From NCBI GenBank assembly GCA_964016885.1, contig OZ024742.1:54374001-54438000 (forward strand): DNA of 64,000 bases. The letters run 5' to 3'. Shown in pieces: positions 16,101 to 30,449 of the stretch; within the stretch, counting starts at the first letter, position 1, and the number at the start of each line of letters is the position of its first letter. This DNA is from Eledone cirrhosa. Lineage: Eukaryota. A program made the position numbers and the translations under genes. The notes beneath the pieces are model-generated. The model searched no databases and was not told where the DNA came from. It saw nothing but the letters and a program-made list of their open reading frames with translations.

Positions 16101-18037
16101 GAGCTCACGGGAACGATGAAGAATATTGAAATCTTGCTCTCTTAATATGAAAAGGTAAGCATAGAATTCCATGCAGCTTACTGTTTTTGTCAGTGCAGGA
16201 GCTCTTTTCTTAAGATCTGTTTATTTTAAATACGAAAATGATATTTATCTTTGCCAAATACACAGATTAATGGATTCTCGAGTGCATCATATGATCTATG
16301 AGTTGCATTTATCCTCTGTATCTCATTTCCTCTTCCTTGATTAATAACATCTCTCTTCCCATACTCATCGCCTGTAATAACTGCTGCTACTTCATTTGTG
16401 GCAGGGGCATTGTAGCGGCTTCTGTGTTCAACAGCAGACTTTTTGTCTGCGTCAATAACTATCTTGCATTCAGTGGGTGGTGCAGATTCTAATGCATATT
16501 TGACGCTTCTGATGTTGCTATTGTTTTCATGCAACAAATCTTGCAGATCAAAGATTAACTTTTCTTTCAAATTTGGAAGGTTAAATGACCGTTGCAAAGT
16601 CTGCTCCTTGTAATTTGCCACAAAATATAACTGCAAAAAACAGAGGGTTTTTGCCTTCAGATGGCAACAAAGATTCAATACGATGGTATACTTGATCTTG
16701 AACTTTAAGTTGGCTTAATGTTCCCTTCCCTTATATTATTGCTACCAAAGAAGGTCATTTGGTAAGCAGTATTATAATTCATAATGTTTTTCAAGAAGTG
16801 TATGCTCCATGGGTTGCTTCCCAAAAGTAATGCGTTAAAATGACCTTTCCTTCACAACAACACATAGTGGTGGTTTATATTTCCCATTTCTTTCCTTTAC
16901 AATATTTGCACTCTTTTGGCATTCTTCAATAGCAATCAATTTCTCTGTAGAATAATCATGATTTGGATCATAGTTGAAAGCTGATCTTTTCCAAGTCCAA
17001 TTGAAAGGTGCAACTCTTTTGTCAAACGTATTCAGCCTATCTTGAGCAAGACGCTTACAACTTACCTACGAGTCTTGCAGCAACAGTTTGCTCCTGGTTT
17101 TTTCTTTGTCTAATCTTTCGTAGCTTATCTAATCTCTGGCAGCTTGTCTTTGTCTTGCATCCTTCAAGCGTTTTTCTGTTTCCTGTTTTTACTCTTGGCT
17201 CCTGCGGATTGCATTTTGTTGACGTAATCGTTCCAACCGTTTTCCCCTTGCCTCTTTTGATTCAATGGCCGTGCCTGCAACAGCTCTCCTCCGGTCGTTT
17301 TCATGCCTTTGCTGTCATTGTGCAGGGGTCTCTAGTGTCCTTGCTCTGGCTACCTGTACTCGTCTTTTCTTCAGAGTAGAATATTGATCATCTACATCTA
17401 ACTCGTCTCTTCTTGTAGAGAGTGAGAATATTTTTTCGGAAACTTTTTTGAATGTTAAAATGGGGTTTAAATGAAAAAATGAGTAAAATTTGCGTGAATA
17501 TTTTCACAAGAGTAATTGAAATAAATGGCGATTGTAGAACGCCGCACGTACACGCATACACACACATACACATGCACGCAAATGCGTACACGCACGCAAA
17601 CTCACACACGCATGCGTGCACGTACACGCACGCACACACACGCATGTTGGTAATTTTTACTTTCTGTGGAACGCCGCACGCACAAACGCACACACACGCA
17701 CGCATCCACAAGTTAATAGTTATTGCTTTCCTTCCCACACACACACATATATACATACAGTATGAAACACAGCGCCTCTCTCTCTTTCTCCCGCTAACCC
17801 CACCCCCTATTTCAACTTCTATAGAAACTTGTTCTCTCTCTCTCTCTCTCTCTCTCTCCCTCTCTCTCTGTTTCTTCCTCTCTTCTCTATCTTTTTCTCA
17901 TTCTGTGCCTCTCCATTTCTTTCTTTCCCCTCTCACTCCCTCATTGGTTTTATGCACAGACTTACGAATAAACAGACATCTGTTAATATATATATATATA
18001 ATTGTGTGTGTGTGTATAGATAGATAGATAGATAGAT
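13152..18037 (-). mobile_element. Degraded autonomous Helitron (Rep/Pif1 helicase pseudogene)
   Basis: Rep motifs GRPDLFITFACNPTW and YTIEWQKRGLAPHAHILIWL; helicase IIWDECIMSH and GGVTLVLSGDFRHTL; 3' end CCTGGGCAACGCTG..TGGTAG/T in a TA tract; 5' TCTATC-like start near 18020-18037. Confidence 0.9.
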
Positions 18038-18039
18038 AT

Positions 18040-18205
18040 GTTTCTTTATTAGCCACAGGGGCACAAAAGAAGGGGACAAATACAAAGAGGGCAGTTTACA
18101 TACAATAAAAACGTGTAAAATGTTATCACAAATGCAATTTTAAAAATTAGTCGATTTTCCCCAATAGGGGGAGACAGTTCATATGGGTAACACACACCCC
18201 ATAGA
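18040..18205 (-). mobile_element. Probable 3' tail fragment of a non-LTR retrotransposon in (TAGA)n
   Basis: Minus strand ends TGTGGCTAATAAAGAAA; ATAGATA repeats on both sides. Confidence 0.35.
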
Positions 18206-18367
18206 TAATAGATAGATGTGTGTGTATTTATTATAAGTACAGATTAAAGTTTGAGGTGTGAAGATCCCGTTAAGGGTGAAAGCAGCGATTCTTTGCTTAA
18301 ACTTTAATCTGTTCTTATGATAAATATTTGCTCTACGGGTTTATATATATACTTTAGTCTTCCCATT

Positions 18368-18402
<35 letters not shown>

Positions 18403-18413
18403 GTGTGTGCATC

Positions 18414-18455
<42 letters not shown>

Positions 18456-19270
18456 GATACACACACACACATATATATAGAGACTTAAGAGCGAACGACT
18501 TTTATACAGGAATGTATTTAACAATACACAGGAAATAATTCGACCCCAATAATGTAAGGACATATCAACTATAAAATAGAAGTATAATCAGTTTAACAAA
18601 AACCTACTCAGACAGTACATATCGAACACCAAATAATTGCTTTACTCTCTCGTACATGATTCCTTAATGGCAATAGAACTATGTTTCACCTTCGAATGGT
18701 GAAATTTAATGTAAGTTAGGATCAGAGATATAGAGCATAAAGCTATATGAACTGACATTTCTAAGCAAATCTGAAACTGGCCAAAACGCACATGGAGTTA
18801 AGAAATAAGATCGTGCTTTGATTTGAATAAGTGACATGAATAGGTATGTAAATAGTTAGAAATAGCCGCCAAAAACCATTCAACACTAAGATGCACAGCC
18901 AAATAAAATTTAGCAGCATATTTACGTTGCTAAAACGAATGAAAATACAGTGTGTGTAGAATTACAGACACGCGCCTTATCGCCTATAGGAAAGCTCTTG
19001 AAATGTTTATACTGGTCATTTTTTTTTAGATGTGCTTATATATATATTTTTTGAGAATTATCTCCTGTGTATTGATTGATATATTCCTATATATGTCATT
19101 CATACTTGAATTTATATTATTAATAGCTAGGAATATTTGTCGAAGTGCATTCAATACAGGCGATATGGTGCATGTTTGCAACTCTCCAGCACGATATTTT
19201 CATTCATTTTAGTAATATATGTATTACCACATCCACTCTGACACAAGCATATAAACACACACACACACAC

Positions 19271-19365
<95 letters not shown>

Positions 19366-19366
<1 letters not shown>

Positions 19367-20922
19367 CGTTTCTGAATTTGTTTAGCAAGATTCTTTATCT
19401 GAAATCATGTGTTGAAACCGATATTGTTATACTTTGGGAGGGTCATGTTGCCAGTAAGAAACACACGCACCAGTTGCTTTCACTTCAATTTATTATATAT
19501 TTATAAATTTATAAATTTACAAATCTACAAACTTATAAATTTCTGGTTGGTTGGTTGGTTCCACAACCAGATAGTTGTTTATATATAGTCATAGTCCTTT
19601 CGTCACACACTCTGTGACCTCTTCAGTGACAGGGGATTCCTTTCTTTGTTTCTGTGCCTTTCCTTTCTTCTGTCCTACGCCATTTTGTTTCTGTGTGTGT
19701 GTTGTGTGCTCAGTTTGCGCATGCGCCACATCCGGGTGTCTGTGTGTGTTTGTGTTCATTTATCTATTTGTTTATTTATTTACATGTTGTTGGTTGGTTG
19801 TTTGTTCTATGTGTGTGTGTGTTTTCATTTTGTCCTTAATTGTAAGTTGTGATGTTGCTGTTCCACTCATATTTTCTATTTAATTTTGGTTGTAATTCTT
19901 TTATGCTTACTGCCTCTGTAATTTGCCTAAACATTGCATCTTTTCTGTGTGTGGATTCTATTTTTATTTCTATGTTCTCTAATTTACCCTTGTGTTCTAT
20001 CTTAGCATGTTGGTAGAGTACAGATGATTCTTTATTATCTTGAAGGTCTCGCCAGTGTTCATTTATTCGTTCCCCTATACGACGATCTGTCTCACCTATG
20101 TACACTATATTTTTGTTTCTACATTGTCCTTCAGTACATCTTATGCTATACACTACATTTCTAGTTTTACAGTTAATATGGGGGCTTATTTTACAGGTTA
20201 TACATTTCTTATCTATACATGAGGGTCTTTGGAACGGGTATGTCTTGCTAATAAGTGTTTTTACGGAGGTACCTGGTCTTTCTACTATCTTAATATTGAG
20301 TTTATGTTTATTTAGGGCCCTTCTAAATTTGTAGGCTAGTTCGCCTCTAGGGGTTGTATTGATGAACATTACACTCTGGTATTTATTGCTATCATACCAT
20401 GAGTTTATTCTATTGGCCTTGTTCCTAGTTCTTTCTATTCTATTCCAAAATTTGCTCCTATACAAGGGGCAGGTCCCATTTATGTCATTATTTACCATTT
20501 TTTCCCATTTGGTTCTGGCTCCTTTATACACTCTGATTCTATCTCTCTGATTGTAGCCAGAGAACTGCATACGGTGGATGAAGTGTTGTATGTGTCTCTC
20601 TAGTTCTTCGGGGTTGCACATGCGGGACACATTTCTCATCACCCGTACCAAATCCGCAATCAGTATGTTGATTTTGGTATGGTCCGAAATGGCCGAGTTT
20701 CGGTGGATCAGTTGTTTGGAAGTCATGGGTTTGGCATAATGGGAATGGAGGATATGTTTTTGGTTGTTAATGGTATCTAACCAGAGCTCTGTGTCTAGTA
20801 CAGGTAATCGATGGTTGGGGTGTCTACTTGGGTAGTCTATAGTAACTCTAATGCTCTGGTGGATGGAGTTTGCTATTTGCTGGATGCTTTCCATTGTGTT
20901 TTTCTCTAGTTCCTGACTGTTC
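19366..20922 (-). mobile_element. 5'-truncated PLE with an open reading frame (RT end, thumb, Cx4Cx2C linker, GIY-YIG); a distinct family
   Basis: [63 protein letters not shown]; uninterrupted for about 360 codons. Confidence 0.9.
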
Positions 20923-20982
20923 TTTAGTAATATATGTATTACCACCTCCACTCTGACACAAGCATATACACACACACACATA

Positions 20983-21161
<179 letters not shown>

Positions 21162-21454
21162 GATAACACAATATCATTATAGGTAATTCAGTTATAGGTT
21201 GTGAATACTTCTTATAGTGGCTAGTTTTAGCGTACAGCGTTGTTTGACTCAACAAGGGGTTTACGTAGGTGGCGAGTCTATGAGTTCTCTGGCATTCCTC
21301 TGTAAGTTTAACATGAAGTAATACTATTGAAAGTGTGAAGAATAACATGGTCAACAGTACAAAAAAGGGTTATTTACAGTCTAACAATTGTTTCACTGAT
21401 TAGTTGTCAAAAATTGCTGAACACTTGAAGCTGTGCCACTCAATTTTAAATACG

Positions 21455-21510
<56 letters not shown>

Positions 21511-21861
21511 GTGTGGGTGGGTGGGTGTGTGTGTGTGTATTGCATTTCCCCTGGAATTTTACCCGGTCTCTACCTAAAGCTCCATATGCATATCTTTTCG
21601 GATCACTGGATTTTCTCATCGCTTTTTGCTTTACACCAATTATACCATGGCACACTATCATTTGTCCTCCACTATTCTCTTCTGACATCTACCTTCTCAC
21701 CATTTCCATCTCACTATTCCATTTCTCTATAAGAGATGACAACCTGAATTGACCTGTTTCTTCTCTAAGAAATCTTTTTCGTTTTTGCCACTGGTCATTT
21801 TCCTCTATCTTTCTATAGCGTCCGAAAAGTCAAGACTGTTAGATAAAGCGTATATATATAT

Positions 21862-21917
<56 letters not shown>

Positions 21918-21933
21918 GTGTGTTTGTGTGTGT

Positions 21934-22009
<76 letters not shown>

Positions 22010-22603
22010 AATATATGTATTGAAATATTGATTAATAGGTGAAGTAATTAATGATAGGCTGACGAATGTATAGTTTCATGAAAGTACTAACGATAGTCAC
22101 TATTATATCCTAAATTCAGCTAACCAATATGAATAAAAAAGAAAAAAGAATTCATTAGGCGTAGTAACATAAAATGCAAGGGTAATACATATATATTTCT
22201 GCTCCTAACAGTAAATGTTTGTAAAGCTGATTCTTTGTAGACCAAACGCACTGCCATTTCTATAATTCCTGTTGGCCTGTCTGTATCCACATATTAACAC
22301 GTTTCTCACTATGTACGTTAAAAACCTGCTTTGAAGAAATGGGGATGAGTCGTATGGGATGAGTCGTATTTTTCTTTTTTGCGGCTAGTGAGATGAAAAA
22401 TTCTACTGACAATTGATTGTTTTTCTCTTCTTATGGGTTTGCCATTCTATTTTCACCCACGAAACAAAGCTATGTAGAATTAAGAATTTTACCATTCTTA
22501 AGTATGTTATTTTTTACTTCCTATCCGATTTGAAAATAATCGAAATTTTACGGTCTAAGTAAGCTCTTTGACTTGTTATCCGATTTTTCTTTGGCAAAGT
22601 ATC

Positions 22604-22704
<101 letters not shown>

Positions 22705-22749
22705 GTGTGTGTGTATGTATGTGTGTGATAAACAATATGAGATAATTAT

Positions 22750-22809
22750 TCATTTACCAGTGGTTTCTTGAAAGCAGATATTTATATCTGTTTTCAGTCG
22801 TCAGAATGA
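22750..22809 (-). ncRNA. Type I hammerhead ribozyme, inverted copy of 23992-24053
   Basis: Reverse complement of the 23992 motif. Confidence 0.8.
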
Positions 22810-23991
22810 TTAAAAACATGGTGTTTTTATTAAATATGGATTTGAAAACAAAAATATTTAAGAAATATGAAATTGAGGCTGTAAAACAAACAGACGAAAA
22901 AGAAGGGTAGAAAAAAATATATATATATATATATTTCTTTAGGTCGTTTTGGAAGCTTCAACAATGAAATGGGGTCGGTCAAGCAGAGGTCGGCGGCCGA
23001 AATAGTTCTTTCAATTGTGGGAGTTGGGAAGCACTTTGGATCAAACGCCTAGGGCCACAAATAAATAACCGATCCGGGAGAAGCGAAATGAGGTTGTTGG
23101 TTTAAGTAAACAAACGATGCAGCAACACACGCACACACACACACACACCTCAAGCGAGACAGCAGCACACGCACACGCAGTATCATTCCACCATACGAAC
23201 ATACTACACTGCTAATACAGACGAACGAGGCAACAACACACGCACACACACACACTCAAGCGAGACAACAACACACGCACACACACAGTAACATTCACCA
23301 AACAGGCAAAGACTACTATCACAACCACACACTATTCAACAGGGCAGATAATAAAATGGACTGACAGCTAACGCCACCCCACTCCCACAATTGAAAGAAC
23401 TATTTCGGCCGCCGACCTCTGTTTGACCCCACAATTGAAAGAACTATTTCGGCCGCCGACCTCTGTTTGACCGACCCCATTTCACGCGCACGCGCGCTCT
23501 GCAGAATACCTCAGATATTCAAAACAACGATCAGCGGAGGACAGGTTTCGCACCTTTCAGACAGACAACCCGCCCCCCTTCCCCTGGAAACTATCCCCCC
23601 CCCCAGTTGATGGATGTGAATCCTAACTATATAAGGACAATTAAATCTCACCCAAGGTAACTCTATCTCGTGTTATTATTTTTATCCTTTACGCTCTTTC
23701 CTACATTCTTCTACACGCTATACATCTCAACTTACATTCACTTACATCTCTCTCTCCACCACCGGATCTTGTTACCCGGAGATTTACCCATCTGCATTGT
23801 TGAGGCTTCTAAAACGACCTAAAGAAATATACCTTTTTATTCCACAATGCTTCAAGCAAACTTCAATACTCCATATATATTTTTTTTCTAGCCTTCTTTC
23901 TCGTCTGTTTGTTTCTCAGCCTCACTTTCATATTTCTTAAATATTTTTGTTTTGTTTTCAAATCAATATTTAATAATAACACCATGTTTTA

Positions 23992-24053
23992 TTCATTCTG
24001 ACGACTGAAAACAGATATAAATATCTGCTTTCAAGAAACCACTGGTAAATGAA
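23992..24053 (+). ncRNA. Type I hammerhead ribozyme
   Basis: TTCATT-CTGACGA-cTGAAAaCAGATAT/aa/ATATCTGcTTTCAa-GAAA-CCAcTGG-TA-AATGAA. Confidence 0.8.
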
Positions 24054-24154
24054 ATAATTATCTAATGTTGTTTATTACATAACTAAAAAGCTCTGTATCC
24101 TACATAGAGCACTCTTTTTTCCTGTATCTTTCCGACGGAATTACTTCATTCACC

Positions 24155-24290
<136 letters not shown>

Positions 24291-24447
24291 AATTAGTGCT
24301 CTGGAAAAGCGATATATATATGAATGTATAAATAGTGTATTTTGCAATACACTGTATGCTTCATTAAAATCACTTTGAAGACCTTACACTATTGTTTTAA
24401 AGTAGTGAGTATGTCACTTACTTCATTTTTCAACAAACAAAGGGAGA

Positions 24448-24495
24448 TAAGCTGACAGATCTCTGTTTCATACTGTTGGTATTCCTCAGAGCTTA
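24448..24495 (-). ncRNA. Type I hammerhead ribozyme, canonical GUC site
   Basis: TAAGCT-CTGAGGA-ATAC/caaca/GTAT-GAAA-CAGA/ga/TCTG-TC-AGCTTA. Confidence 0.85.
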
Positions 24496-24620
24496 GCATT
24501 CCCCTTGTCTGTTGAAAATTATGAATGTTGGATTCTTATAGAATATATATATACATCAAAAGACTGCTAGAGTAGATATCTGTAGGAGAGTGGATGAGAT
24601 ACAAGAGGAGAGGGATAGGT

Positions 24621-24689
<69 letters not shown>

Positions 24690-24692
24690 AAT

Positions 24693-24731
<39 letters not shown>

Positions 24732-24754
24732 CATATAAATACACACACACACAC

Positions 24755-24834
<80 letters not shown>

Positions 24835-25399
24835 TTATATATATAATTTGCTCTACGTGCTTTTCTTCTTTAAGTTTATCATATTAATTGTGGTATAAAA
24901 ACGTTGAGATTTGATGAAATAAATCACTGACAATACTGGAATTGTATAATCAAGACCGTAGCGGTATGTCCCAACATTCCAGGATTTTATTTAAACCTTG
25001 TTTGTTTTTCTAAAATAACAATCTCCTTTGTTTAATTTAGGCCGAATATTCTAGGATTTATAAAATGGCCTCCTTGCCCCTCGTAATCTTTACTACCCCC
25101 CCCCCCCCTATATCGTATACGTGCCTGCTGGTTACCCTCTCTTTCAATCACTCCCTTCTCTTACCAAATATAAAATAAACCTGTTACGAGGTACGAATCT
25201 CAGAATTTGTCAAATCTTATTAATGGTCACACTGCTCGCTCTACTGTGAAATGTAATGTAAAATGCCATTTTTTTCTTGTCTCTCCATCTTCCCGGTCCA
25301 TCCATATATCCGTATCATCGCCCAGAATCCAATCCTTCCTCTTTTTCAATGCTATTCTATAATTCTGTCTGGTTGTTGTAAATAGTCTTCTTGTATTTT

Positions 25400-28300
25400 A
25401 AAATCCCATTATTCGCTTATTACTGTTAAATGCTTGTCCAATTATGCCCCAAATTCGAGGATTTTATTTAAAAAAATCTCGCTAACTACCCGTGCCCCTG
25501 CCACCCACCCCCACTCGCCACCATTATTATTTCGACCAATCATAAGTCAGCGGCCTATACTATCACTTCTTCCGGTTGCCTTTCGATATGATGGATGGAC
25601 AAGGGAATTATGGAGAGTCTGAAAAAATCTGGACACTCAGTGACTCTGCCAAAGATAAAGACTAATTCACCTCATGCTGCCGGACGAAAAGGCAAGGACT
25701 CCTCCTCTTTATTTCGGCCGCGGATGGCCAACATAACGCTAAACCCAGCCCCCTCATCCCTCCCCGCGCCTCACTGTTCCCACCCACCAAACGCAATCCA
25801 AAACTTCAGAGTTGGTACCATGAATGTAGGCACCTTAAAAGGTCGCTCTAACGAGGTTGTAGAGATGCTTCAACGTAAGGAGGTTGATGTTTGCTGTATC
25901 CAAGAGACCAGGTGGAGGGGTGGGTCTGCTAGATTCATTGTGGGTAAAAAACGATGCTATAAGCTCTTCTGGGTGGGAAATGACAATGGGCTGGGTGGGT
26001 GGGGAATCATGTTAGGAGAAAAATGAGTAGATAAGATAATAGACGTAAATAGAGTGAACGACAGAATAATTAAAATAAGACTTGTCCTAAATAGAACTAC
26101 TGTGACAGTAATATCTGCGTACGCACCCCAATCCGGACTGCCTGGCGTTATAAAAGACAGATTCTATGAGACATTGATGCTCACTACCTCCCAAATAACC
26201 GGCAGTGACTACATAATTATTGCTGGCGCCCTAAATGGTCACGTTGGACAACATTGTGATGGCTATGGCGGAAACCATGGAGGCTATGGGTTTGGTACTA
26301 GAAATGAGGAAGGCTCCAGAATCCTGGAATTCTGTGACGCAAATAACCTAACTATCTGTAACACTAACTTCAAAAAACGAGACAATCACTTGATCACCTA
26401 TAGATCAGGGGAACACGCCAGTCAGATAGATTATATCCTTACCAGAAGACGTGATAGAGTGCCTGTTGTAAACACTAAATCCCTCCCCCATGAAGAATGC
26501 ACCTCCCAACATACTCATAATCAGTGACCTCATAGTCAGGACAAGACGTACTCGACAACTGAGGAGGACTATCCTCAGGAGAAAAATATGGAAGCTAAAG
26601 GACACCACAACCAGTAATAAATTTAAAAGCATATTACTTGATACTTTTGACAGTAAGGAAGAGCAATTAGAGTCGTACAATATAGAGGAACAGTGGGAAT
26701 TCCTGAAAGCTAACCTGCTGAAGGCGGCAGATGATGTCTGTGGCTGGAGCAGGTCTATAGGCAGGGGGAGAGTAACTTGGTGGTGGAACAGTAAGGTGGA
26801 GGAGTCAATTAAGGCCAAAAAGCAGGCTTGGAAAGTATGGCGGGATGGCGGAAGGAGAGAAGACTATCAAGTGGCCAGGAGGGAAGCTAGGAGACAAGTG
26901 CACTTCGCAAGAAGGGAAGCAGAGGAAAGAAAGTTCAAGCATGTTCTACAACGCGAGGACCAAAAACGTGAGGTGTTCAGGATTGCTTGGCAATGTGTCA
27001 AGGAAAACCATGATATTGTCGGGTAGAAGTGTGTCCTTAATGATGATAGTGTACGTGCCATCACTGACACTGATAAGAAGGTAGCTTGGAAGTGTCACTA
27101 CGAAAGGCTACTAAATGAGGAGAATAATTGGGAGAAAGAGAGTCTCCCCCACATCGAACCAAGTCATACAGAATGGGGTCGTTCCGAAGAACTGGCGTAG
27201 CAGCATCATCATTAACTGCTACAAGGGTAAAGGAGATGCCCTAGATAGTGGTAACTATAGAGGCATTAAATTAATCGACCAGGTCATGAAGGTCACAGAA
27301 AAAGTAATAGCGCAACTAATCAGAGAGTGAATTGATCTAGATGAAATGCAATTCGGGTTTGTGTCAGGTAAAAGTACCACAGACGCTCTTTTCATTGTAC
27401 GACAACTACAGGAGAAGTACCTAGCTAAAAGTAAACCCCTATACTTAGCTTTTGTTGACTTGGAGAAAGCCTTTGACAGAATCCCCCGCTCAATTATCTG
27501 GTGGGCTCTTAGAAAACTAGGTGTTGATGAATGGCTTGTGAGAGCTATACAAGCCATGTATAAAGAAACAGTCAGCAAGGTTAGAATTAGCAACGAATAT
27601 AGTGAAGAGTTTAGCGTAAAAGTTGGTATTCATCAGGGCTCCGTCCTTAGCCCCTCCTATTTATTATTGCCCTTCAGGCTATAACAGAGGAATTCAAGAC
27701 CGGCTGCCCATGGGAACTCCTATATGCAGATGATCTAACGCTCATAGCTGAATCAATGGCCGAACTAGAGAAGAAATTCCAAACATGGAAGCATGGCCTA
27801 GAATCAAAAGGCCTTAAAATTAACCTGTCTAAGACTAAAGTTCTAGTTTGTAGGAAGGAAAATAGGGCACCAGCCCCATCTGGGAAATGTCCATGCTCAG
27901 TGTGTAGGAAAGGAGTATGCAGAAACTCCATTTTATGTCCCAAATGCAAAGTATGTGTGCATAAAACATGTAGTGGGATCACAGGTAAGCTAACTAAGAA
28001 TATAGATGTTATATGTGGCCGGTGCTCTGGTGCAATAAGTAGCAGCAAGTGCCCACAGAATACTAGCTCATTCCATTGCACAGATGGTTCTATAGAAATA
28101 GTGGACACATTCCGTTACCTGGGTGACAAAATCAGCAGTGGTGGAGGGTGCTCTGAAAGTACAGTAGCTAGAGTCAGAACGGGATGGAAAAAGTTCAGAG
28201 AGCTTATACCACAATTGGCCACTAAAGGGTTCTCTCTAAAAATGAAAGGCAGGCTGTATGATGCCTGCATACGAACAGCAATGTTACAAGGCAGTGAGAC

Positions 28301-29059
28301 CTGGGCATCGTGTGCAGAGGATATATGAAGACTGGAGAGGAACGAAGCTTGCATGCTCCGCTGGATGTGTAGTAGTAATATACGTGAATGGCAAAGCATA
28401 AACGAACTAAGGGAGAAATTAGGAATAAGAGGGATCAGATGTTGTTTACTCGAGAGAAGACTACGTTGGTACGGTCACGTGGTGCGCATGAAAGACGACA
28501 GCTGTATAAAAAAGTGCAGGGCGATAAAAATAGACGGTAGCCACGGAGTTGGCAGACCCAGAAAAACCTGGGACGACTTGATAATTCCAACCTCACACAC
28601 TTACACCTCTCCAAGACAATGTCACTGGACCGAGATCTTTGGCGCTACACAGTAATACAGAAGACCCGCCTTGCCTAAGTACAAAGCGAAACCTACAGTC
28701 AGTAGGCACCTGTAACAAAAATACACCCCCGTCCCACTACCCCCACCCATCCACACCACCCCTTTCAATGTAAAGTTATGTTGGTACCACAACATCCAGT
28801 CCGAAACAAATGAGGTCGTGTAGGTGTCACGACAAAAAAAACACACAGTCCACAATGTAATGTGGCCGTGTAGGTAACACGGTAAAAACCTCCTAGTCCA
28901 CACTGTAAACGTGGTTGGTGTTAGGAAGGGCATCCAGCCGTAAAAAACCCGCCAGACAGTCCTATACGATCAGGACAACCAATCTTGCCTCAAGTGGGAA
29001 CATTCCCGTCCAAACCCATGCTAGCGGGGAAGATGGACGTTAAACGATAATGATGATGA

Positions 29060-29063
<4 letters not shown>
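25400..29063 (+). mobile_element. RTE-type LINE, near full length, degraded (APE endonuclease + RT + Cys-rich insert)
   Basis: APE VGTMNVGTL, CCIQETRW, SAYAPQ, SQIDYIL; RT YRGIKLI, QFGFVSGKSTTDA, AFVDLEKAFD, GIHQGSVLSP, LYADDL; tail GGACGTTAAACGATAATGATGATGAT; 5' limit approximate. Confidence 0.9.
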
Positions 29064-29130
<67 letters not shown>

Positions 29131-29310
29131 CCTATCCCTCTCCACTTGTATCTCATCCACTCTCCTACAGATATCTATCTCATTGCCTTTAGCTCTAGCA
29201 GTCTTTTGTTAAACCCATCACCTTACTTACATGAATTATATACGTGAAACTTGTCGTTTTAGATATTAAAAAATGGTTCGTACGTTTTCGGTCTCTCTAC
29301 ATACCTAACT

Positions 29311-29353
<43 letters not shown>

Positions 29354-29496
29354 TGTACGTCTAGTATATTGTATATTTAATAATATACTGTATTTTTATT
29401 TAAAAACATATTTATGTGTCTATGTATATAAAGTTGTTTATATATTTATATGTGGGTATTCACAGAGACACAGACACACACACTCATACGCGCGCG

Positions 29497-29530
<34 letters not shown>

Positions 29531-30410
29531 GAAGTGTGTGTGTGTGCCCTCGCGTATATGTCGGTTGTGTGTGAGTAAATATTTATGTAGGTTATCTTAA
29601 TATATGCTAGTTTAATTGAATCTCTATATGAAGGTCAACAACTGAAAAGATGAAAAGAGATATAATGTGCTTCGTAATTTTCTCTCTTGACCCTTATTTG
29701 TTTTAACAATGATAGCTGTAGTATTTCATGCTGGATTTCATTGATATCGATTTTTCTATGCACAAAACCCATTCTATTTTTATTCTTCAATAATCTCAAT
29801 GCAATATTCCTTCTATAATCTTTAGCGCCTTCATTGCAATTGATATTGATATTGTTATTGCTATAGATATTGATATTTCACTTCAGGTTTCATATAAGGC
29901 TTTATATAGAAGAATATTCAGGCAATTTTTGACATCAGCCTTATTTGCTTCCACAGAATGTTGTGGAAGCTAATAAGGCTGATATATAATGGAGGTGGCA
30001 CTTTTAAAATGGATATCTGTACGGCAAATTTTCCTTTATTACTCTTTATCTTTTTATCCACTGAAAGGAATACCCCTAGAATCTGCTAAATTCCAACTCA
30101 CAACTACCTCCTCTGCATAGAATATAAATCTCTACCTTTAGGAGAGATATTGACCCTACAGACATCAACTTCCATTTCTTATATTTTTGTCCATGTGTCA
30201 GAATGAAGGATGAGTTTAAAAGTGGTCTTTCATTATACAATGGTAGCCATCAGTGACCCCGAAACACGTGGTAGCATATATGTGTTATGTACATGAAACT
30301 TTGTTTACACTAAATAAGCTCGATTTCTAAAAGCGTATATATATATATCCGGAATACATTGAGTTCTTCATACGGATTGGACACTACCGTAAACTCTTGG
30401 TAGATTTATC

Positions 30411-30449
<39 letters not shown>

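Larger units (their letters stand above)
22730..24150 (+). mobile_element. Short 5'-truncated PLE with inverted 3'-end copy at its 5' side
   Basis: EALWIKRLGPQIN (GIY-YIG C-terminus) at 23028; 22730-23025 is inverted relative to 23380-23483 and 23795-24075. Confidence 0.75.

Noticed and set aside
20923-20981. Start codon and N-terminus of the 381-aa ORF
   Set aside because: Falls in the duplicated flank and microsatellite; the element is 5'-truncated
30190-30280. CAGAATGA ... GAAACACGTG as an HHR
   Set aside because: Core and stem II are too degenerate to support
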